Below the pieces are notes generated by a model. The model did no database searches. It worked only from the letters and a program-made list of their open reading frames with translations, and had not been told where the DNA came from. From an uncultured Chloroflexia bacterium (lineage in GTDB: Bacteria; Chloroflexota; Anaerolineae; CG2-30-64-16), in assembly GCA_963774265.1 (NCBI GenBank), contig CAVZDU010000001.1, positions 256,001 to 320,000 on the forward strand: 64,000 nt of DNA. The letters are read 5' to 3'. The position numbers were made by a program, and so were the translations under genes. Below are positions 1 through 8,352 of the stretch, piece after piece. Numbering within the stretch: the first letter of the stretch is position 1; each line of letters begins with the position of its first letter.

Positions 1-565
1 GCGACAAGCTGGGCATCGACGTGTGGGAGGTGATCGAGGCGGCGGCGACCAAGCCCTACGGCTTCATGAAGTTCACGCCCGGCCCCGGCGTGGGCGGCCA
101 CTGCATCCCGCTCGACCCGCACTACCTGTCGTGGAAGCTGAAGACGCTGAACTACAACGCCCGCTTCATCCAGCTGGCCGGCGAGATCAACAGCGAGATG
201 CCGCGCTACTGGGTGGACAAGGTGCAGGATGCGCTGAACGAGCGCGGGCAAGCCGATGAAGGGCAGCCGGGTGCTGGTGCTGGGCGTGGCCTACAAGAAG
301 GACATCGACGACGTGCGCGAATCGCCGGCGCTGGACATCATCGAGCTGCTGCGCAGCGAAGGGCGCCGACGTGCGCTACCACGATCCCTACGTCCCCGCG
401 CTGTCCCACAACGGCCACGGCCTGAGCGCCGAACCCGACCTGGAGCAGGCGTTGCACGCCGCCGACTGCGTGGTGATCGTCACCGATCATTCGGTCTACG
501 ACTGGGGCGATATTGTGCGACGGGCAGCCTGCCTGGTCGACACGCGTCACGTCACATCGACATAA
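1..565 (+). CDS. Nucleotide-sugar dehydrogenase (UDP-GlcNAc/UDP-ManNAc 6-dehydrogenase family), 3' part; frameshifted
   Basis: Motifs [31 protein letters not shown] and [10 protein letters not shown] lie in three successive ORFs (21-425, 256-702, 371-565). The 5' end is outside the window. Confidence 0.9.
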
Positions 566-589
566 CAGTCCGGGCACAGCCATTTCGCC

Positions 590-620
590 GGGCGGCGACG
601 GTGCGCTTTCGCCGCCCTAT
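590..620 (+). terminator. Hairpin, possibly a weak intrinsic terminator
   Basis: GGGCGGCGA (590-598) pairs with TCGCCGCCC (609-617), followed by TATT. Confidence 0.4.
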
Positions 621-641
621 TGACATAGGAGGGATGCGCCA

Positions 642-1400
642 ATGGACCTCCAGGATGTTCCGATCTGGGCTTTCGTTCTTGTCGGTTTCGTGGCTCAAAT
701 GATCGACGGCGCATTAGGCATGGCCTATGGGGTCAGCTCAACCACCATCCTCAACAGCCTGGGCGTGCCCCAGAAATTCGCCAGCGCGGCCGTTCACGCA
801 TCAGAAGTGGTGACCACCGGCATCTCGGGGCTTTCGCACTGGCGCATGGGCAACGTCCACTTCGACCTGGCCCGCAAGCTGGTGATCCCGGGCGTGCTGG
901 GCGGCGTCATCGGCGCGTATCTGCTCAGCAATCTCGACACGCCCTGGCTCAAACCCATCGTGTCGGTCTACCTGGCGGTCATGGGCCTGATCGTCATCTA
1001 CCGGGCCTTCAGGTCGACGTCCCCCCGGCATGTGCGCTCGTGGCTGATGCCCCTCGGCTTCGTGGGCGGCTTCATGGACGCGCTGGGCGGCGGCGGCTGG
1101 GGCCCCGTCGTGACCTCGACGCTGATGGCCCGGGGCAACGAACCCCGTTTCACCGTCGGCTCGGTCAACATCACCGAGTTCTTCATCACGACCGCCCAGT
1201 CGGTGACCTTCTTCCTGGCCCTGGGCAGCGGCGAGCTCTTGAAGTATGGGAACATCATCCTGGGCCTGTTGATCGGCGGCGCGATTGCAGCGCCCCTGGC
1301 GGCCTTTGCGACCAGGCGCCTGCCGCGCAAGCCCTTCATGCTGCTGGTCGGCGCCCTGATCGTGTTTCTGAACGTCCGCACGCTGATCATGACATTCTAG
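642..1400 (+). CDS. Sulfite exporter TauE/SafE family membrane protein
   Basis: Hydrophobic 252 aa with [13 protein letters not shown] and [10 protein letters not shown] motifs; AGGAGG RBS upstream. Confidence 0.9.
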   Translation: MDLQDVPIWAFVLVGFVAQMIDGALGMAYGVSSTTILNSLGVPQKFASAAVHASEVVTTGISGLSHWRMGNVHFDLARKLVIPGVLGGVIGAYLLSNLDTPWLKPIVSVYLAVMGLIVIYRAFRSTSPRHVRSWLMPLGFVGGFMDALGGGGWGPVVTSTLMARGNEPRFTVGSVNITEFFITTAQSVTFFLALGSGELLKYGNIILGLLIGGAIAAPLAAFATRRLPRKPFMLLVGALIVFLNVRTLIMTF

Positions 1401-1414
1401 CACCGGGAGGCATC

Positions 1415-2291
1415 GTGAAAGGCATCATTCTCGCAGGCGGAGCCGGGACGCGGCTGTACCCGTTGACGATCGCGGTCAGCAAGCAGATGCTGCCGGTGTA
1501 CGACAAGCCGATGATCTACTACCCGCTGTCCATGCTGATGCTGGCGGGGATCCGGGAGATCCTGGTGATCAGCTCGCCGGACGCGCTGCCCGTGTTCCGC
1601 ACGCTGCTGGGCAGCGGCAGCCAGTGGGGGCTGCGCTTCGCGTATGTCGAGCAGCCGACCCCGCGCGGCCTGGCGGATGCGTTCATCGTCGGCCGCGAGT
1701 TCGTCGCGGGCGGGCCGGCGTGCCTGATCCTGGGCGACAACATCTTCTACGGCCAGGGGCTGCCGGCCAAGCTGCGCGCGGCCAGCCAGTTGACCGAAGG
1801 CGCGCTGGTGTTTGCGTACCCGGTCACGCGACCCGGAGCGGTACGGCGTGGTCGAGTTCGACGCGACCGGCCGGGCGATCAGCATCGAAGAGAAGCCCAA
1901 GGCGCCCAGGTCGCACTTTGCGGTGCCGGGCCTCTACTTCTACGACGAGCAGGTCAGCGACATTGCGGCCAACCTCAAGCCCTCGCCGCGCGGCGAGATC
2001 GAGATCACCGACGTGAACCGGAAGTACCTGGCGCAGGGCCAGTTGCGCGTCGAGCCGATGGGCCGCGGCGTCGCCTGGCTGGACGCTGGCACGCACGAGT
2101 CGCTCCTCCAGGCCGCCGGGTTCGTCCAGGCCGTGCAGGAGCGGCAGGGCATGATGATCTCGTGTCCCGAGGAGATCGCCTACCGGATGGGGAACATCGA
2201 CCGCGCCGAGCTGCTGCGCCAGGGACAGTTGATGAAGGCGAACGATTACGGGCAGTACCTGATCCGGTTGGCGGAAACAGGATTGGGTTGA
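1415..2291 (+). CDS. rfbA: Glucose-1-phosphate thymidylyltransferase; one frameshift near 1825
   Basis: [48 protein letters not shown] and [10 protein letters not shown] motifs; GTG start after GGAGG. Confidence 0.95.
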
Positions 2292-2325
2292 GGGGAGCTT
2301 GGCTGCGTGATGGGCTGGTAGACGA

Positions 2326-2779
2326 ATGATCGAAGAACCGAGACATCAGATCGGGCAAGGGGAGCGGGAGAGCATTTCGCAGGTGCTGCAGGATGCATTG
2401 GCTGCGCGCCCCGATGTTTTGTTCGCGTATCTCTTTGGCTCATTCGCCGACGCGGACCGATCGGTGCATGACATTGACGTGGGCGTACTCTTTACGGGAG
2501 AAGCTCCTGCCAGTGCTCATGCAGCACTCGTACTCGGTGATCAGCTCCAGCGGCTGCTCCGTCAGCGCGGCCATCGTATCCCGGTCGACGTGCGACCCTT
2601 GAACCTTGCGCCGCTTGGATTTCGATTTCAGGTGTATCGGGGCCAACTCCTGGTGAGCCGCGATGAGGGGTTGCTGGTGCACGAAGTGGCGACGACAGCG
2701 GCGCGCTGATCTGGATATCTTGCCGTTACAACGACAGGCGCTAAAGGAGGCAATGCTGGCATGGGCAGATACCCGTTGA
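2326..2779 (+). CDS. Minimal nucleotidyltransferase (MNT/MntA-like antitoxin); frameshift near 2708
   Basis: AYLFGS...HDIDVG and [10 protein letters not shown] motifs; the frame resumes as [15 protein letters not shown]. Confidence 0.8.
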
Positions 2780-2883
2780 TCCACGCGTATTGGGACGTCG
2801 ACTACGGGCAAGTGTATGACCTCCTCCAAGGTCCGACAGATGACCTGCGGCAGTTCGTACAGGCCATTGCGCGCTTACTATGA
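2761..2883 (+). pseudogene. Truncated HEPN/DUF86 (HepT-like) toxin remnant
   Basis: My translation is [40 protein letters not shown]. It matches the DUF86 C-terminal LxHxYxxVD motif and directly follows the MNT gene. Confidence 0.7.
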
Positions 2884-2926
2884 GAGCCCCACAAACCTGA
2901 AGCACTTGCCACACTGTGAAGATGCA

Positions 2927-5900
2927 ATGTCCGGTTTGGACCGGACGCATTTGGAGACGGCCGTGACGCACACGGGTTCCACGGCCTTCCTGCAGCAGGC
3001 CCATCGCAACAACTGGGAACAGTACCTCGCGGCGCTCAACCCGGCCGCTCCCGCCGCGCGGCGCGGCTGGGATCTCATCCTCCTGACCGCGAGCGACGAG
3101 GGGCAGGCGGCCATGGTCCGCCAGCAGCTCGACTGGCGACGGGACGCGGGCCTGCTCCCGGCCGGCGCCAGGTTCGCGGTCGTGCCCGACCCCGGCGGCC
3201 AGCGCATCGGCTCGGGCCGCGCGACCTTGGCAGCGCTGGCCCAGGCGCGGGATGCCCAGCGCACCCTCATCATCCACTCCGGCGGCGATTCCAAACGCCT
3301 CCCCCACTGTTCCGCGTCCGGCAAGCTCTTCGCACGCGTGCCCCGCACCCTGCCCGATGGCCGGGCCTCCACCGTCTTCGACGAGTTCCTGATCAGCCTT
3401 GCGGGCCTGGCCGGCCTGCTGCCCCCTGGCGCATTGGTGGCCTCGGGCGACGTGCTCCTGGTGTTCGACCACCTGCAGCTGACGTTTGCCCGGCCGGGCG
3501 TCGTGGGCGTGGCCGCGGCCACGCCCATCGAAATGGGCCTCCGGCACGGCGTTTACGTGACCGACACGCGCGGCCATCGCGTGCGGGCGTATCTGCACAA
3601 GCCCGGCAGGGGCGAGCTGGCACGCTGGGATGCCATCCAGGATGATACGGTGCAGCTCGACACGGGGTTGGTGTGGTTCGACAGCCCCACCATCGAGCGG
3701 CTGCTGCACCTGGCCGAGGCGCCCGAGCTCGCGGCCGCAGGGCTGAACCTCTACGGCGACCTGCTGCTGCCGCTCTCCGCATCCACGGACTACGACGCGT
3801 ATCTCGCGGACACCAGCGACGGGCCGGCCACGCCCAGCCTCCGGGCCGCGCGGCGGGTCATCTGGGACCAGCTCCGGGGCACGCCGTTTACTGTGGAGCG
3901 CCTGCAGCCGGCCGTGTTCGTCCATTTCGGCACCTCTGCAGAGTATTGGCGGATGACCGCGGGTGATCCGGCGCTGGCCGAGCTGTGCGGCTGGGAACGC
4001 CAGGTGGCTTCGTACGCGCCCGGCATCTCGTGCGATGGGCCATTGGTCCTGATCAACGCCGCGGTCGAGGCGCCATGTGCGCCCGGACCGGCCCCCCTGC
4101 TCGTCACCGACAGCCGGCTCACGGCCGAGTTGCGCTGGGAGGGGGCCGGGATCATCGCAGGCGTGCATTCAGCGCAGCCCATCAGCCTTCCCCCGGATGT
4201 CGTCCTGGACCAGCTGCCGCTAACGGACGGTTTTGCGACGCGGCTTTTCGGCCTCCGCGATGACCCCAAGGCCGGCCCCGCTGACCCGCGCGGGACGTTC
4301 CTCAACCGGCCCTGGGCCGAGTGGCTGGCGGCCGCGGGCATCGCGCCCCAGACCCTGTGGCCCGAGACGCCCTGGCCCGGCATCGACCCACCGGCCGCGA
4401 CGCTGTGGAACGCGCGGCTGTTCCCGGTCCATGCCGATCGAGAGGTGAGCCTGGCCCTGACGCTGCCACTGTTGGATCCCGCGGCTGCGCCCGCCGGGTG
4501 GCGCGGCGAGTGGGAGGGGGCGGTGCGCACCTCCCTGGGCGAGAGCTACGCGGGGTCGGACCGGGCGGCGCTGCTGGCCCTGACGACCGGGCTGGAAGAA
4601 CACGTGGCCAGCCGGCGGTTCCTCGCGGGGGTGACCGCGGAGCGGCCGGCTGCGGAGGCGGCCCCGTTGCTGGGCCGCAAGAGCTTGCTGGGGGGCAGCG
4701 CCGGCCGGGCCGCGCGCCTGCTCGGCGAGGCAGACCCCCTGCTGCGGCTGCGCGGCTACATTGCGCTGGGCCAGGCCACCCACGAAGCAGCCTGGACCGA
4801 CCGGGCATTCGAAACGTTGGCCGCCATGATCGCGCCTGTCGCGGCGGCCGGACTGGCCGCCACGACAGGTGTAGGCACGCCGGCCCTGGCGTCCACTGCC
4901 CGGCGGCAGCCGCGGTGGCAGCCGCGCCAGCGTGCTGGCGCCCCCCAGGTCTACCGGGTGGCCGCGGCCGCGCGCATCGACCTGGGCGGCGGCTGGACAG
5001 ACACGCCGCCCCACAGCATCGAGCGCGGGGGGACCGTGCTCAATGCGGCCCTCACCCTGAACGGGGTGCATCCGATTTTCGCGGAGACGGCCCTGCTGGC
5101 CGAGCCGCGGCTGGTGCTCGAAAGCTGCGACCTCGATACAAAGATCGAGCCCAGGACCGCGGGCGAGGTATTGCGCTACGCGGACCCGTCCGACCCGTTC
5201 GCATTGCACAAGGCCAGCCTCGTGCTGAGCGGGATCGTGCCCGCGGACTCGGACCCTGCTGCACCTATCGCGGAAATCCTTGCGGCGCTGGGCGGCGGGG
5301 TGCGGCTCACCACGGGCGCCAGCATCCCGCGCGGCTCGGGCCTCGGCACGAGCTCCATCCTGGCCGGGGCCGTCCTGGCCAGCCTGGACCAGATGTCGGC
5401 CGGCGCGGGGGGACGCGAGGCGGGGCCACGACAAGCGTGGGCGCCCGACATCCCGCGGCTCTTCGACGAGGTGCTGTGTCTCGAGCAGATGCTGACCACC
5501 GGCGGCGGCTGGCAGGACCAGGCGGGCGGGTTGACCGGGGGCATCAAGCTGGTGACCACGCGGCCCGGCCTGCCCCAGCGCCTCCAGGTGGCGCCGGTGG
5601 CGCTGTCGGAACGCACCCGCGGCGAGATGGGCAGACGGCTGCTGCTGGTATACACCGGGCAGCAGCGCCTGGCGAAGGACCTGCTGCGGCACGTCATGGC
5701 GCGGTGGATGGGCCGCGATCCCGAGATGGTCTGGATCCTGAAGGAGATCGCGCGGCTGGCGGTCGCCATGCGCGACGCCCTGCTCGCGGGCGACGTCGAC
5801 GGGTTCGGCCGGCTGCTGGGCGAGCATTGGGAGATCAACAAGCGCATGGACCCGGGGTGCACCAATCCCTTCATCGACGGGCTGTTCGAGACCATGCGGC

Positions 5901-6088
5901 CGTGCATCCATGGGGGGAAGCTGGCCGGCGCGGGGGGCGGCGGATTTGCCTTCGTCATCGGCAAGGGCAGCGATTGCATGGATGCCTTGTCCGCGGCCCT
6001 GGCGCGGCGCTATCCGGGGACGCGCGTGGGGGTGTGGCGGTGCGCGATTCCGGAGGATGGGCTGCAGGTCCATGAGGTCACGGCCTGA
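2927..6088 (+). CDS. fkp: Bifunctional L-fucokinase / fucose-1-phosphate guanylyltransferase
   Basis: N-terminal HSGGDSKRLP...GKLF and FVHFGTS motifs. C-terminal GHMP kinase motifs RIDLGGGWTDTPP, PRGSGLGTSS, TTGGGWQDQ and GAGGGGF. Confidence 0.9.
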   Translation: MSGLDRTHLETAVTHTGSTAFLQQAHRNNWEQYLAALNPAAPAARRGWDLILLTASDEGQAAMVRQQLDWRRDAGLLPAGARFAVVPDPGGQRIGSGRATLAALAQARDAQRTLIIHSGGDSKRLPHCSASGKLFARVPRTLPDGRASTVFDEFLISLAGLAGLLPPGALVASGDVLLVFDHLQLTFARPGVVGVAAATPIEMGLRHGVYVTDTRGHRVRAYLHKPGRGELARWDAIQDDTVQLDTGLVWFDSPTIERLLHLAEAPELAAAGLNLYGDLLLPLSASTDYDAYLADTSDGPATPSLRAARRVIWDQLRGTPFTVERLQPAVFVHFGTSAEYWRMTAGDPALAELCGWERQVASYAPGISCDGPLVLINAAVEAPCAPGPAPLLVTDSRLTAELRWEGAGIIAGVHSAQPISLPPDVVLDQLPLTDGFATRLFGLRDDPKAGPADPRGTFLNRPWAEWLAAAGIAPQTLWPETPWPGIDPPAATLWNARLFPVHADREVSLALTLPLLDPAAAPAGWRGEWEGAVRTSLGESYAGSDRAALLALTTGLEEHVASRRFLAGVTAERPAAEAAPLLGRKSLLGGSAGRAARLLGEADPLLRLRGYIALGQATHEAAWTDRAFETLAAMIAPVAAAGLAATTGVGTPALASTARRQPRWQPRQRAGAPQVYRVAAAARIDLGGGWTDTPPHSIERGGTVLNAALTLNGVHPIFAETALLAEPRLVLESCDLDTKIEPRTAGEVLRYADPSDPFALHKASLVLSGIVPADSDPAAPIAEILAALGGGVRLTTGASIPRGSGLGTSSILAGAVLASLDQMSAGAGGREAGPRQAWAPDIPRLFDEVLCLEQMLTTGGGWQDQAGGLTGGIKLVTTRPGLPQRLQVAPVALSERTRGEMGRRLLLVYTGQQRLAKDLLRHVMARWMGRDPEMVWILKEIARLAVAMRDALLAGDVDGFGRLLGEHWEINKRMDPGCTNPFIDGLFETMRPCIHGGKLAGAGGGGFAFVIGKGSDCMDALSAALARRYPGTRVGVWRCAIPEDGLQVHEVTA

Positions 6089-6091
6089 CTG
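5631..6091 (+). repeat. Direct repeat copy A (3' end of fkp)
   Basis: Aligns without gaps to 7532-7992 (offset 1901), through the stop codon. Confidence 0.95.
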
Positions 6092-6135
6092 GTGGTGGGG
6101 ATCCGATCTCGAGAATGCCCCAATCTGGAGGAAGC

Positions 6136-7446
6136 ATGGAAGACGAGACTGATCTGCGCATCTACATAAGTGTATTGATGCGACATTGGCGCTTGATTGT
6201 GGCGGCAACACTGCTGGCCGGCGTAGTGGCGCTGACGGTGAGTCTCCTTATTCCCGCCAAGTATGAGGCGACGTCGGTTGTGCTGGTGACTCGCCCGTTT
6301 TATCAGTTCCAGTTTTCGTCCGAGATCCAGAACCTGTCTGCGCAAGGGTCGCTCAACGGGAAAGCAGCGTTGGACCTGGCAAGCAGCGACGCCGTATTGC
6401 AGCAACTTCTGCTGGAGGTAAGTGATGATCTACCGGCCGATCAAGCGCGAATTGTTTCAATTTCGAAAAATGCTCGAAGTCAAAGCTGGCGGTGATTCGT
6501 CCATCATCCGCCTGGGTGTGACGGGTCGCGATGCCGCAGCTAGTCACGCAGGTCGCCAATACTTGGGCCAGTCTTTATGTGGGATACGCCAATGACTTGT
6601 ATGGCAAGTCGGATGACCAGATGAGCTTTTTTGAAGGACAACTGGCGCAAGCCAAGACCGACCTGGACGACGGCGGATCAAGCTCTCATCGAATTCAACA
6701 AGCGGAGTGACCTGCCCATTCTCCAGGCTCAGTCGTCCGCAAAGCAAAGCGCGCTCGGCGAGTACCTGGGGCTGAATGAGTCTTTGCTCTTACTGCAACA
6801 GAATGTAAAAGACCTGCAGGCTCAACTCGCTCGTCGCCCGGCCGATTCGCCCTCCAATTTGGGCGATGATCTTGCCCAAATGATGCTTCAGGTTAACGCT
6901 CTCAGCACGCAAGCAAGAAGTCTGCCGATCCTGTTGCAGATGCCCAGTGCGGGCAGCCTGTCGGATAGCACGGTGGGTGAACAAGCTGCCTATCTGGCCG
7001 ACCTTGCCAAGACGGTCGAATCCAAACAGGCCGATGTCAAGAAGCAGGCCGAGGCGCTGCCGGTAGAAATCAAGACCTTGCAGGGACAGATACAAGAGAC
7101 GAGCACCGAAGCGGCAAGGCTGACGCGCGAGCGCGACCTGAGCGTGGGTGTATACACAACCCTGGCGCAAAAAGTAAAAGAGACCCAGATTTCGGCGCAA
7201 GATGATGCCGCGGGGAGCGTGAGGTTGGCGGGCGCTGCGGTGACGCCGGATCGGCGGATGAGCAGGAATCTGTTGCGGAATACGGTTCTTGGTCTGATAT
7301 TGGGGTTGATGGCGATCGTGGGAGTAGTGTTTGCCATGGAGTATTTCCAGCAACCGGTAGAAATGCCGGCTGACCTACGGCCTGAGCACGCCATCATAGA
7401 AGAATCGCTTGACCACCGAGCGCAAGTGAAGGAAGCACGAGGGTAG
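6136..7446 (+). CDS. wzz: Wzz/GumC-like polysaccharide chain-length determinant; frameshifted near 6470-6630
   Basis: N-terminal ETDLRIYISVLMRHWRLI, a TM helix and KYEATS; coiled-coil middle; C-terminal NTVLGLILGLM TM segment. Confidence 0.8.
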
Positions 7447-7530
7447 GCAGTGCACGGGAGGCAGGGCATGATGATCTCGTGCCTCGAGGAAGTCGCGTAC
7501 CGGGCGGGGAACATCGACCGCGCGAAGCTG
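7445..7530 (+). repeat. Diverged copy of an rfbA 3' segment (2128-2213)
   Basis: Shares GGCAGGGCATGATGATCTCGTG and GGGGAACATCGACCGCGC with rfbA. Confidence 0.9.
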
Positions 7531-7989
7531 AGCAGGCGGCTGATGCCGGTGTACACCGGGCAGCAGCGCCTGGCCAAGGACCTGCTGCGGCACGTCATGG
7601 CGCGGTGGATGGCGCGCGATCCCGAGATGGTCTGGATCCTGGAGGAGATCGCGCGGCTGGCGGTCGCGATGCGCGACGCCCTGCTCGCGGGCGACGTCGA
7701 CGGGTTCGGCCGGCTGCTGGGCGAGCATTGGGAGATCAACAAGCGCATGGACCCGGGGTGCACCAATCCCTTCATCGACGGGCTGTTCGAGACCATGCGG
7801 CCGTGCATCCACGGGGGGAAGCTGGCCGGCGCGGGGGGCGGCGGGTTCGCCTTCGTCATCGGCAAGGGCGGCGATTGCATGGATGCCCTGTCCGCCGCCC
7901 TGGCGCGGCGCTACCCGGGGACGCGCGTGGGGGTGTGGCGGTGCGCGATTCCGGAGGATGGGCTGCAGGTTGATATGGGTATGGCCTGA
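7450..7989 (+). pseudogene. In-frame rfbA'-'fkp chimeric ORF (179 aa)
   Basis: The first ~27 aa match the RfbA C-terminus; the rest matches the Fkp C-terminal ~150 aa. Confidence 0.85.
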
Positions 7990-7992
7990 CTG
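7532..7992 (+). repeat. Direct repeat copy B (second fkp 3' end)
   Basis: Near-identical to 5631-6091; most internal differences are synonymous. Confidence 0.95.
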
Positions 7993-8352
7993 AAGGGATT
8001 CGTGGCGTCGTGGCCGCGGTTGTGGGGGAAGCGCGTCAACCTCTAATGGGTCAGAGGATGGTAGGCCTGCACTCGCGCATCTTCAGCGCCTCGCGGATCC
8101 ACTCTCCAGGATGGCGCGCGGCGCTCGCTACGTGATGGGATCACGGAGACGTGGCCGTGAGTGGATGAGCAGGTGACTGAAAGCGTGGGCGAAGAAGTAA
8201 GCCGTGAGACGAGCCTTCGCTGAACACAAATCCTGGGACCACCAGAGCAGCAACCCACAAGCCATCACCTCAGCGCCCTATTGTCGCATGGCTGGGCTGC
8301 GCGCTTTTGTGGGGTTTAGAGTGATGCTCTCCAAACGATAGTCTACACAAGA

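Noticed and set aside
642-1400. TauE as evidence for a sulfated glycan
   Set aside because: No sulfotransferase or PAPS-synthesis genes are in the window, so the link is unsupported.
5631-7992. Diversity-generating retroelement TR/VR pair
   Set aside because: Differences are not adenine-specific and no reverse transcriptase is present in the window.
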